A stretch of 64,000 nt of DNA, from positions 50,196 through 114,195 of the forward strand of contig NMRA01000008.1 in the NCBI GenBank assembly GCA_002633005.1. Direction: 5' to 3'. Both the position numbers and the translations under genes were made by a program. A model generated the notes under the pieces. It worked only from the letters and a program-made list of their open reading frames with translations, searched no databases and was not told where the DNA came from. Positions within the stretch are counted from its first letter, which is position 1. Every line of letters begins with the position of its first letter. Below are positions 41,983-54,696 of the stretch, one piece after another. The DNA is from Phoronis australis. Taxonomy: Eukaryota; Animalia; Phoronida.

Positions 41983-42200
41983 AGTTCATGTTCAATTCAA
42001 CGTTTCGTCTTTTCATTAGACATCATCAGGATCATATTTACAACAATTTAGGACAACAAGTGCCAACATACAGCTCAGGTAACATCCATAGAGTGAAGTG
42101 AGAGATACACAGAGTATGGTCAGTAGCTGGTCATCACCATAGCTGCAGGGCCACAGAGCTCTGCATGTTATTCAGAGAATCAGTGGTATGCTGGTTCTGG
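41983..42200 (-). mobile_element. Third copy of the Penelope-like terminal repeat seen at 9990-10470
   Basis: Shares CATTAGACATCATCAGGAT, CAGGT.ACATCCAT, GGTCATCACCATAGCT and CATGTTATTCAGAGAA. Confidence 0.7.
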
Positions 42201-42290
42201 TTCAGCAAATGTAGCCTACATGAGATTACAAAACAATGCAAAGACTTAAACGAGATAAATTAATAAGGTTGTTTTCCTTTTCAGACTAAA

Positions 42291-45200
42291 ATGTCACACC
42301 ATGATGAGCTTGAGATTAAAAGGGATGTGCTGAGGAAATCTGTGGCCCGCCTGAAAGACGTTCTCAATTTTGGAAACATATCTTGCTATCTTCATGAAAT
42401 AAAGCTCAGCACAACAGAAATAGTAAGTTTTTACCATACGGCATTGTTGTTAAAGGTGTATTTCCTCGCTGTTTAGCTGTCGATGTTGAATTTTTAACTG
42501 AAGCGCTTAAAGGAGAATGCCACTCGATTTAATTAGTCTTTTTTGCCGTCTTATTCGGTCTATATCCACATCGCCTCGCATACGGTCGATCATACTTTGC
42601 CAAGAGGTGTCACGTTAACCTGTGAGGAAGGTGAGAAACGACGCTAGCGACGTCAGTGGTTCATATGCAGAGTGAATGCTGCTATGTTGTGGTGCATCGT
42701 TCCCGCTTGTCCGAACTAAGCAGCTGCGAGGAAAGCGGGTATATCATTTTTTTTTACTTCCTCGAGAGTCCGAAATGCTTAAGAAGTGACTCATGGTAGT
42801 GAAGAATGAAATGTACGCTGTAAATAGCAAGTATGAGGCCATGAAACATCTCCGTGTCTGTGGCCTGCAGACGTCGACCGTGCCTGACGAATGCCGGCTT
42901 ACCAAATAACTCCATACGTTCCGTTGTCTGAGCTTGTTCACGGCGCCTCTCTAGTATTTCTTCATCACTGTATTCCTGTTCGAATTGATAGCCTGTAAAA
43001 CTTAACGATCCACCTGCAAAGTCGGGACTGATGAGCTCTAGCTCGTCCTAAGTCGGGATTGCGAGTTGCCATGTTGGCGTTTATTACTGAGCGTTCTGTT
43101 TCAAAATGAATTATTCTCACCCTAACCAATACTTATATAAAACTGAAATAAAGTCTGTCTCATTAGATGCAATTTGTAATGCCTTTGGAGTGTTCGTGAG
43201 TGCAAATGATTTGAGAAGCCAGCAATGAATAAATCACTGCGTTACCGGCTTTAGGTGCAATAAAACTAATTGACGGGACACCGAGGCCGTGTGAGCTCAT
43301 GCTAATTTAGTGTTTGCTGGCAGAAACTGTTGTGAAACAACTCGATTTCCATCCCACGGCCAGGTGTTAGGGGAATCTTTATTTACATTTACATTACTCA
43401 AATAATGATTGTCAATGTACAACTTCTGCCCTGACGGTGCTGTGGCCAAAGCGGAACCTGAATTCGCGGCCCCCGACGAGTAAGTAGATTTGCAGTTTCG
43501 TGGCTAATTCACCAACATAATCACGTGCACATTACTTTGGCTCACTAGTATAGTATTTTCTTGACTGGAAGTTTAGTTTCCACTGAACTTTGGCTGGTTT
43601 ATGATCGTCATGTCTCATCAGTTTCCAAGCCACTGGCCGGGATAACGAGTCAATCCGGGCGGCCGCGACGGGCCTGATCGGGCTCCGAGCCACTGGCCAG
43701 GATAACAAGCGTTTTGTGTTTAAAACTCAAAAAATCACGAGTCTAAACAACACAGATCTAGGTTCTCCTGTCTGTATCTCACGGAAAATACTTCGAAATT
43801 ATCTCCGAACATACCCCACACTCCTGCTACGGACCTTAGTGGCCTGCCGAACTTTGTAGGCTACGGTGTGTCCAAATACCAATAAATCCGTTGGTGTTAA
43901 ACGATGACTTCAAACGATAAGCTGACATCAGTAACCCGTGTTGTGAACTGCTGAACAGATTGCGTGTGAAACCGATGACGTCATTGGATAATTTCAATAC
44001 CTGCCGTCAGGTGTCAGGTAACGCAACCATATGTGCCGTTATGGAGTAGAACTACTCGATCTAAATTGATACAAATTAGGTTGTTTTTTGGGGGGCATGC
44101 TCCTTTAAGAACATTCACACTCATCCGATCATGAATTATTGATGTTCAGCAACTCAACTCACATGCAATGCCCACGTGTGCCTTTTTCAAATTCACAATT
44201 TTAGGATTGGCCAACGCCAATAAGCTCTGTAACGTGTACTTGTTGGTAACGTTGGAACCCTATCATGATAAGGAATATTATTTTTTTTGCACTCACCATT
44301 GGAGAAGAAGGTGTCGTAAACAAGTGATGACATTTGCTCTTGACCCTTTTATATCATATCGGCATTATAGATTTTTAAAAACTGTTATGAACCTGAGATC
44401 TGCTAAAACATGCTGACTTATTGTTTAGGCTATCACTTACTTGTCTCAACCCATTCCCCATTCAACTGAAAAAGATTGCTGGGTTTATGAGACACTGATC
44501 TGTGTAACCACTAGAGGTCATGCTTAGCACATGAAATTTCGGGTCCGGGCAAGCCTGCTTATGAAGCATGGTCTCTAGCAAAAAGAAGCTGCCAATTTTT
44601 CTTGAGTCCTTGCTGGGGGTTTGATCTTGGTACTTGAAATCATACTCAAACTGAAATGTTCTGGGTGTTCCCAACATGGTGTCCATATCTCAGTTGGGCA
44701 AAGTGACCGACTAGTTGTTATGTTATGTTTACAGTAGAGCAGTGACAGTTTATATACTATTAGCCTGTACACATGTGTTGCAGTAGTTTGGTGTCAGCGA
44801 TGCAATAAACATATGTTCTACGAATGATCTTGTATTACATACACAACCCTAGTATTCAAGAGTTCCTAGGTTCAAGTCTTAGGCAGGCATAGAGGAGTTT
44901 TTTCAAGCTTACCTGGTGGCAATTTTGTTTTTGTCTCTGGCTCAACATCTGAGTTCCGTGTATCATCAAACAATTTGGTATATGTACACGTGTTCCCCTT
45001 TGAGGAGAAGTTAATTTTTGTACAGGACCGACTACACTGATGCCCCTAGTGGCAATTTTGTTTTTCGTCTTCCTCAATATTAACCTAATTCTTTGATGAA
45101 CCTTAATTTGTGATTTGATGGATCTTCGTAAAATTTGGCGTATGCATTGTCATTGAAGAAAGCGTGATTGGTTGGTTTTGGATGGCTCTAACTGCTCTGG

Positions 45201-48200
45201 TGTGGCCTCGCAACAAATATCATTAATATTTGCCAAGTTCTTTAATGCATCTTCATGAAATCTGTTCTTGTGTTCTTTATGAAGATACAAGTGATGCTGA
45301 TTTTTGGATGAGTCTGACTACCATTGAAATACTTGGAAAAGTGAGCCCCCCCCCCCCCCCCCCCCCCTTATTTCTGTATGGCTTTGTGGTGCACACGGCA
45401 GATGCATATTTGTTCTTTGAGTTTGACAAAGATTTGTTTACCAAATGCATGACATTGATGCATACTTAACATAATTTAACTTAACGTAATTTATGCAAGT
45501 CTAAGAACACCGAAAGGCCTTGGGTCATTGGAAAGCAAATGCTTTTTATATTATAAAAGTTCAACGAGATAATTATGTTGTTGTGTACTTATTTGTTCAG
45601 GAAAAATTAAAGCGCGTAGACAACAATGAGGGGAATTCTGTGGCTATTGAACAGTTGCTGCTCGACAGTTTTCGACGGAGGATTCGCTGCTGGGACGAGT
45701 TTCTGAGCATACTTAGAAGATGCGATTATCAGGATGAGGCCAGTCACCTGGAGCAAGAATATCAGAGTAAAATGCTTGTTGAGACACTTAGGAATATTTC
45801 CTAAAACGAATTCGCAATTCCAACATTTTTGATATTCTGTTTAGACACATTAGAGCCCTGAAGTAAGACCTGTATGACAACTGAGTGATTGTGTTTGTGC
45901 TTAACACACTGACAAATTTGAAACTTCTACTAGATTAAAGGCCTGAACTTGAGTAACAGTGAAAGCGATACTGATAAAGTTATGCATTATGGCTGTGGAA
46001 CTCAATGTGGCAGACGAGGAATGTGTGGTTTCGTCAAATTTTTCAACAAAAGTAACTTAATATCAGAGAATTTTGCTTTGCTTTTTGCACTATTTGTATA
46101 GCTCCTAGACGGTCTCTAGAATCAGTTTTAAACAGACCTAACCTCCATGACAAAGTGTTTGTCCAGTAGTCTAGGAAACTGGACAAGATCGCTTACTAAT
46201 TCCAAATCATTTTTTAAGCAGTATTTCTGACAAAAAGTCTTTGCGTAACAGGACTGGGTTGCATAAAACTTAAAGATTATCCGCTGGATAAGTTTTATTG
46301 TTGCATGCCATCAGGTTTATTGTTCAACACTAAACAACGTGGCCCGTGATAATGCGACGTCATTGTTCCTATACGACGTATAACTTGTATGCAACTGGGC
46401 CCAGGATTGTATTGCTTTGGTAATCTAGATAATCATCTGGCATTCTGTCCAAGATACAGGCTTTTGATTTAGATGATTGACTTACTGAACTATAAAACTG
46501 GTTTCAACTTGTTACTTAGTCAGATGAGAAGGAATTTCTGGGTTTGCATAGAGCTGACAGGTCATTATTCCTTGAGACCATACTTGGCACATAAAATGAC
46601 CCGTCATAACAAGCCAAACTGTAGAATCCTGTCCTTTTCAAACCCTGAAATCACCTCTCATTTGGCAACAGCGCAATTTGAAACGAATTTCATAAATGTA
46701 AATGGTCTATATTGAAAGTTAGGTTTTGTGTTGAAAGGTACGATGTAGCCGCTGTATTTGGTGAATTCTGTGTAACTATATTGACTGATTTTCTTCTCAA
46801 ATAGGGAGAATTCATCGTCGCCAGGGTCACAGTCGGCACCATGAGGTAAATGTTTAAACACTGCAACACGTTGAGATTGTTCATTGGACCTGAACTAAAA
46901 TCATTCTTTTCCCTCCCGTGACTGACAATATTATGTACGAGGCTCAAAATATTTTATTTGCGATATGTCAAACGACAATTATTTTAATTTTAAAAATAAA
47001 TATTTTCCAACAGAAATTAAATGCATGTGAACCATAGTCAGTTCGTAAGAAGATTACTGTTTTCAGTTTTAAATTTCTCATTCCTTCTGTTTCACTGTAC
47101 AAAAGCCAAAATCAATCTTAGGCCACCTTTCCTTAAAATGTGTAGCTTGATACTCCTAAGAACATCCTGAATATTTGTGAGTCATAAAATGCAGAGTGTG
47201 TAAAAACAGAGTACTCGCACCTCAGTTCAATGGCGGGACTTCAAACTCAGTTCCAACCAATCAGACTCTGACCCGTACCTACGGTAGGGTTACACCATGC
47301 TGTGAAGTAGGTGTGTGAGTCATCACAAGCTGTGTATGTATGGGAATGGCAAACAGACAACTCAGTTTTGGAAAAAAATAAAATTTATCTCACAATGGTA
47401 GTGGAACATGGGCGGATCCAGGATTTTGAGTTAGGGGGGGCCAGGGCAGATTATTAGCCAGGATTTTGCCTGTCAGACATTGGCACTCCCGAAATGCCCA
47501 ATGAATCTTGGAGAATTTTAGGGGGGCCATGGCTCGTTGGCCCCCCTCTAAATCCGCCACTGTGGAAACTCAAAAATGCCAAGAAAGTGCAAAAATTGAC
47601 TAAACAGCGCATTTATTTTGGTTTAAAGATTGAAATTCCTTTCTGGTCACCTCTTTGTGAATTTAAGCCAGTGACCTTATTCTTAAGTCGATAATTAACA
47701 CACTTATTGTCATTTGAAGTGTGAGATCTTTTTTGAGACATTCTGTATAATGGCAATAGGTGGTGATGCAATATTAGAGATTTCAGGGACTACAACTAAC
47801 ATGTTATGGTTACCAATTTGAATAAGTTCACTCTGTGATAACATGGTAGATAGTATATTATCTTGGCTGTCAATGAAACTAAATTTAATGAATTAGTGAG
47901 ATGCGTTAGTCAGCATTTCAGAATCTTGATTTGCTCATTTGTTTTGACCATCCCGAGTAAGTTTGACGATTTCTTGGATCAGTCTGTCATGACAAAATTG
48001 CGCTGTGGAAAAACACTTCATTTTAAAGTTCATACTCGTATTCTTGCTAAAAACCAATGTGATCAAAGTTTTGTAACATGAATGTGCGACTAAACATCTA
48101 CGTAATTACATAGAATATTCATTTCAGTTCTGCTCAAATTTTGTCAAAATCTTTCGCTGTTCTTACGCCTTCCTGAAATTTTGTCAAATATACCTGCTCT

Positions 48201-51200
48201 TACGTAAGGAAGTGGCTTCAACCAGTGAAGCTACCGGTATTTTGCATGGCATAAAACATGTCAAAGTTTGGCAAAGTTTGACACTGTGTTCTGCCAAAGT
48301 GTTAATATTTTGAAAATTACTACATTGCTTGAGTTTTATCATTTTATAATCTTTCAGCCACCATCTGGCATTGTGGCCCATGCTGGCACACCTCCTGTGC
48401 ACATGCCTCATGATGGACAAACTGGTAAGATTTTATTCTTCATATTTTGCCACATTTTTATTTTCAATGTTTTTCATTTTTGAAGTTATATTTTGCCTTT
48501 TAGTAGAAAATTGAATTGGGTCTTTTACTCTCGGAAAATTGGTCTTGTAATTTTCCTTACCATGATAGGATTCTATTTCCCAACCCAAAATTGCTAATTC
48601 ACTTTACCCTTGACTTGAGTTGGTAATGGAAATGGATTCCTGTGAAGGTAACGAATATTATGAGACCAATTTTATGAGAGGAAAAGGCCCAATTTGATTT
48701 TCGTTTTTTGTCCAACTAAACAAAGTGAAATGAGGCTTTAAGTACCTGTTAGCAGATTTTGTTGTCTGAAATTAGGTGTCATTATTGGGCAGCATTCCAT
48801 CTATGCAAGAAACTCTTGAAAGCGCATTAGATTTTGCAAGACTTCGCGAGAAATCTCCACTCCTTAGAAGCGAAGCATATAATTATAATCGCACTAGCTT
48901 TTCTTGCTAATTTTTTGCGTCAGAAATTCGGATCAATTTGTCCTCCATTAAAACTTTGTTGTAGTAATTATTATTATTATATCACTGACATTTCAGTAGA
49001 AGTGCTACCTATTTGAATATGCACTGTACTCTAAGTTGACCCCCATGCCCTGCTAACCTCCTAATCACAAAATTTCCAAATTTTCAGTGTAAAGCACCCA
49101 TGCTCAGCATACCACAAGCTCATAAACTGTACGAATGAAAGTTCCTTAAAGGTGACCATGTCTATTTTCAATGCCCATTCATTTCATCAAAATGTTAGAT
49201 CTCAAAGCATGCGACTCCTTTATCTATGAGTGTTCATCAGTCAGTTTCTTTTGGACGTTCTCGGGTGTGTCGAAATTGCAGACTTAGAAAAACGCAGATC
49301 GTACAGACCTCAGAGGCCTGGAAACTGCGGATCATAGACACAGGGTGTCTTGGCACAGGGTGTCTATGCCAAAAACCCGAATCATGCTTCCTAACCACTG
49401 TGTGCAATTAGTCCATTCCAGACAATTAGCTCAGTCTCTACTGCATGGTCTGCAATATTATTATGCTTTATTTGACACTTGAAAGTCCTACATTAGTGTA
49501 GAGGGTGAGTGCTTTACCATCCTCAAAGCCGTGTGTGTGTGTATCCAACTGATTTCATTCAAGTAAGACGAAAGCTGACAACTTAGTACACAACCTTGTT
49601 GATCAATGATTTCAGCAGGTGACCTTTTGTATGTCTAGCAGTTGGCCCTTTAGTGAGAGCTGTCCTCTAGTGAGAGCATTACAATGATTACTTTTTTCGT
49701 AAAAGATATGTACCACCAAATTAATCCTTCATCATGTTAAAGAAATTTTAGGGAATTCACTTTCTTGTAAGAAATTATTGCACGAGTCCGAGTTAAGCAA
49801 GCTTTTGGCTTATTCGTATCCAACTTGTGCAAATTTGACTGGAGTGCTAAGAAACTGCTCATAGTAGCAACGCTTGTTTTTTAACTCAGGTGATGTCCCA
49901 AACTTTCCTGCTACGCCAACGTCCACACCACCGTGGATTGAAGATCAGGAGGGCAAAATCACTAACCTGGCAGTTACGAATGATACAAGCAAGAAAACAG
50001 GACCAACACGTCACGTGCAGGTGTCGGAAACACAAGACTACAACAACCCAAGCAATAGACACGTGTATGAAAATGATGCGGGAGTGGAAAATATTGATGC
50101 TAATTTGGTTAAGCTTTCCCCAAATTCAAAACAGATGCCAGTTCAAAGCGTTGGCGAGTCTGCAAGCAACACAAACCTTGAGCTTGACCTGGTGAAAGAG
50201 ACTTCGTCTGAGCTTTGCTCATCGGAACTCTCCACGTCAAGTAATTTGAACTGGTGCAGCGATTCCTATGACACCACTCAGCGTGTGGCAAATGTTCAAC
50301 AAATGGCTGACGAATGTCTACAAGAAGACGCTTCCTCCATAGAGGTTCTGCAGGCTTCAGATGGGGCCCAGTCACCGACTGTTGAAAGAGGGGAAAAGAG
50401 TCTTTCAAATCAAGTTGTGTATCAAATCACTGGCGATGGGATCACTAATTTTGGGCGGTTTGACCAGCAGCAGGGTGAACAGCAGGGCCAACCACATCAA
50501 CCAGGGCATCAGCAGTTGCAAGGGGAGCAGCAGCAGCAGTTGGAGCAACACCAGATGGAGCTGTTGTACAGTCAACAACAATTGCAAGAGGGGGAGCAAC
50601 AAGCACTTCACCCACAGATTCAGCAGGATCAGCACGGGTATCAGCAGGATGAACAACTGGATCATCAAGAACAACTACAGCAACAGATGCAGCAGTTTGA
50701 AGGTCATGTCTCAGCTGATGCTGTTGGTCAAATTCCTTGCGTTGTTGACGGGTTTCAGACTCCAAGTGTGCGGTCATTTGTACTAGAGTATAGTGACAAG
50801 GAAGTGAAAGGCGACAACTACACTGGAAACGATCAACCAGATGGCAACGCAGGAAGTTACCCAGTAGATGGTGCTGGAGGCACATTTCAACCAAGTAATG
50901 TTGGCATGGATACTCCCAATACAGTCTCTAATGTTGGCATGGATACGCCTGATACAGTCTCTCCTGCTGTAGTTGATTCTGAGTACATAGCCTCACCAGG
51001 ACTGAAACCAGAAGGAAGGTGGCTTCCAGTTAGAAATGAAACTACAATCGTACAAAATTATCTGTCACATGGTGTTGAAGGTAAAGTTAACCTGATCAAA
51101 AGTGGCATCAACATCCCTGTCAATCACTCTGAGCCTTCAGTGAGCGAACAGGAAAACAACGAGGTGACAGATGGTCAATCAAGTGTCATGGATGAAGCAG

Positions 51201-51337
51201 CAGAGCCTCACAACCGAAGTGTATCATTTGATTCTGACGTTTACAACGTGGAGGACATAGATCATGGCTTCAAGTTACTGAATATCATTGCAGGGCTCTT
51301 GGCTGTTGGTGCAGTGATAGCAATGCACTGGAAGTGA
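42291..51337 (+). CDS. MAVS: MAVS-like CARD-domain tail-anchored protein, exons 42291-42422, 45601-45766, 46805-46845, 48358-48424, 49890-51337 (617 aa)
   Basis: Phases 0,1,0,1 join into one ORF. N-terminal ~100 aa CARD-like (EGNSVAIEQLL..FRRR..CWDEFLSILRRCDYQDEASHLEQEYQ), long S/T/P/Q/E-rich disordered linker, C-terminal LLNIIAGLLAVGAVIAMHWK*. Orthology is inferred from architecture. Confidence 0.72.
42511..44104 (+). mobile_element. Kolobok-type DNA transposon relic with dead THAP domain
   Basis: TTAA on both flanks; TIRs AGGAGAATGCCACTC / AGGAGCATGCCCCCC. 42684-42870 reads MLWCIVPACPN*..GISFF(fs)LP..KK*L..HLRVCGLQ, a THAP pattern with 2 stops and a frameshift. Confidence 0.8.
46252..46401. 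mobile_element. Small Harbinger-like MITE, CAG TSD
   Basis: Imperfect TIRs ..GTTGCATAAAA / TTGTATGCAAC..; CAG on both flanks. Confidence 0.6.
47409..47563. mobile_element. GC-rich MITE (GGCGGATCCAG...CTAAATCCGCC)
   Basis: Terminal inverted repeats; related copy at 33978. Confidence 0.65.
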
Positions 51338-52543
51338 TATTTACATTCAGTTGGTTTGATCGGTTCCTTGCTTTTGTCTGGCTCTGGTACTGGAAACTGT
51401 CTTGGACCAATCTCTTCAGCCATTTCTTTCTTGTGAAAGACCAGTTTCACTTTAGTTCAAGTACTTTAAGTATTTTGCTGGCATTCTGTTCTGGGATACT
51501 TGTCAAAACATTGATGATTGGGTAGATGAGGGCTGCGTTCTGTAGAGCAAGTTTCTTGCAACAAGACTGACGGCTCATAAAGTCACAAATGAAAAGCAAC
51601 CTTACTCACCCACACACCAGCAAAATAGCCACCGCCAAACTTATTAGTTGGTGAAGTTGGGTTGTAAAATTATGAGAGTAGCTGTTCCAAAGACTTTTTG
51701 TCACTAGTGCATTGTATTTTGTGTTTAAATATTGCACCTGAGACTACACCCACCTCTGTAGCTCAACCTGTGATTTTTTGCTAAATGTGATATCTCTGTG
51801 GCTCATGGAATGGTTTCAATATGGCATAACAGCTGTTATTTAACATGTTGTACATCACGTGACAACGTACAGGTATCGTGGGGACAGTATGGTAACATGC
51901 TGTAATTTGGTAATGGGACTCGTACTCAGTCCTGCAGAATGTATGGATATTTTACTTGGTGTATGGTCTCAGGTGAGAATGGGGAATAGTCATCTGCTAT
52001 TATGTATGCACATTTTAATTTGCTTCAAGATTTTCAGAGTACAACCCTTTCGAGTTAAAGGTGAAAGGTTATTGGAAGTTCATGATACTGTATTGGAACA
52101 TTAAACTCAGGGTTGAGACAGAGACAGCTGGCCAAATATCAGCACAGTCTACAGTACCAATATTATACACTATGCAAGTTGAGCAAGAGAGGTATTGGTC
52201 GTTGTATTGTAATAAGAGTTTTGAAAGATTAGATTGAAAGCTATAACAGAGTGGTTATAAAAAGCTATTTTTGGACATTCAAAGCTAATGTGATGCTGGT
52301 TGAGAAATTTTGTAAACTCCAAGATAAACTGTTTGCAATATGGCATGCTTTGCTTTGCTTTGCTTTGCTTTTTCTGTGATACTTTTCCTAATTTGTGATA
52401 AATCTTTGTCAACAAAATTTTGATTTACTACTTGTGTATGTGTATGTGTAACTGAAGTCAAAATATTTGACTATAAAATGTTCTTAAATGTTACTTGGCA
52501 ACTGATTCAGTCATGAAAGAAGTGCCTGGAATTGAGTTTTGTT

Positions 52544-52549
52544 AATAAA
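52544..52549 (+). terminator. Candidate poly(A) signal of the MAVS-like gene
   Basis: AATAAA ~1.2 kb after the stop. Confidence 0.4.
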
Positions 52550-53149
52550 TTCCGAGAAGGAAAAGGTTTCAATTGCTGGTAGTGGTATCATTACAGGACC
52601 ACTGTTACTTTTCGTCTGATACCTAAAATGTGGTTCAATAACTTTGGCTGTTAGGAAATGCGGGCTAATTTGAGAAATACCACATGATGGCTAGATGTCG
52701 GGTGTCATGTCGCGATCCTACCAATCAGATGGCTGAAACCATAAATCCCCGATATCAATGTGAGCAGATGATGCCAGTTCATCAAAGCGGGTACTGAAGA
52801 ACATTGTAATCTAATGAGAGGTAAAAATCATTGGAAAGAAGTATCAGTGGGTGTGTAATAAAACAAATGCAAGCTTATTCCTTAGGCATAAAAAAGTCGT
52901 GGGGCCTATGGATTGAGGGAGAGCAATGTTCCCTTCGGCCCGCAGGCATCAATGCTCTCTCTCGTGTCTCCACAGTGTATTTATTGCCAATGCTGCACTC
53001 TGCAGGACACTTGTCTCCCTGCTGCTATTCACAGCTTGGCACGAAAATTGGTTTTCCCTTTGCCTGTGTTATTTCTCTGATATTTTGTATAGCGAGTAGC
53101 ATTCTCATTTATTTTTTGTGGTCATCAAATCTTAAGGCGTGAAATTTCA

Positions 53150-54570
53150 CCCCCGGCCCAACTTGAAGCTCCATTTCGCCCTGTTAATCTCTCAGGCTCT
53201 GAAAACTGACAGAATTCGATTAGACTTCGTTACTCTCGTGAAATCGGTCTCTTCATACCGTGACAGGATTTGGTAAACCAAATAGAACATGGAAACAATT
53301 CGATCGGCGACTCCAGAAAACGTTTCAAAGTTTATTGGGTAAGCTGATTAGACCTAACTAAAAAATTGCGAAAATTTAAAGAATGGTGCATCTACGCATT
53401 CATTTGTCTGGCTGTGGGTTGATATGGTAACTGGAATCCTATCAAGGGAGGAATATTATGAGAATAAAAGGCCTAATTCAATTTTCGTCAACTGGGCAAA
53501 AAGTATCTTTGAAAAAGGCTCAGCCGCCGGCCAGCAGTGCTGTAGTCGGGTAAAATTAGAGCCTAAGTAGGCGCCCAAAGCCCACCGGATCACCTTCTTG
53601 ACCACTGAATGTAACTTATGGTGTGTAGGCGCTACGTTCAAATGCCAAAAGGTGGTTGGCTGCGTCTACGTGCGCCTACGCCCCAACTACAGCACTGGCC
53701 GCCAATGTAGTAACCCTACCGCTATGGACCACTTGGTATTCACCAGGTGATGTTGCTGTAATAAATTGACATGCTGGACTATTGTGGTTTTCACTATAAC
53801 TACATCTACCTTATATGACACAGGTTTATCTACGGAACTCCCGCAAAACGGGTAGAGTTCGGTTAGCTGTCTCGCGGCTACGGACAAAGGTCTAAAAAAA
53901 TCACGTGTTCTAAAATACACGTCTTGCTTTTTGCAAGGTCTTTTCGTTACTGAACTCTACCCCGCGCTATGCAAAACGACTCATTTGGATGTGGTTTATT
54001 GGTACCAACATGTCTCTACATTTTAGTCAGACGCAATAAAGCAGTACCCTGGTCAAGATCGTTGTCTTTATCACGCCTCGTGCTGTCTCACTCGATGTTT
54101 ATGAAGTAGGGTTTGCACAGCCCAGTGCATGGAACCATCATGACCCGGACAAGTTTGTATGGCCTTATGTGCCTCGTCACAGAAGACCATCTTTGCTCGT
54201 CATGAAAATGACATGCTTGCAAAAACTTTTCATGTGGTTGCCCCCCCCCTCCCCTTTCATTACGGAAACACTAGACCTTCACTTCGGTTTTTTTTCCTTT
54301 TGTAGTTCCTGGCCAACGTTATCCTGGATTCGTACATGTTCCGTCAATTTTCAATGCTCGGCTGTGCAAGCGAATGTACTTTTAACGTGCACAAAGGCCT
54401 CAGTGTGTGCTAATTTTGCACAACGCTGTGGGGAACCTGCGGATTCTCAGTGCTGAATGTCTAGGCACAATGTTTCGGCCCGCCAGTCGCCAGTGCACAT
54501 TAGAATGAGGACTGGTGTAGTTTGGGGATCAGGACTAGGCCCTACTGTGCCCGCTAATCCTCAGTACTCA
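53150..54570 (+). ncRNA. Putative highly structured RNA block A (unassigned)
   Basis: 14-bp helix 53850-63/53949-62 enclosing three hairpins; further helices 53705-11/53799-805, 53730-37/53742-49, 53268-74/53277-83; wobble pairs read as G-U on +. Boundaries approximate. Confidence 0.45.
53535..53697. mobile_element. hAT-like MITE inserted in structured block A
   Basis: TIR CAGTGCTGTAGT(C/T)GGG; degenerate 8-bp flanks. Confidence 0.65.
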
Positions 54571-54696
54571 GTACCTAATTCAGTTAAGAAAACAACACAA
54601 CACATGTTATAAGGATATTACATGCTATATTTTGTTATAGTTTTTCACAAGCACGAAACCTGTTCATTTTAGTTGTTGCTGATCTTTTCTTTGGGT

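Noticed and set aside
43026-43050. CTGATGA plus hairpin as another hammerhead
   Set aside because: No GAAA or stem III follows.
50109-50894. Overlapping alternative-frame and antisense ORFs in the large MAVS-like exon
   Set aside because: By-products of the CAG/CAA-rich glutamine tract.
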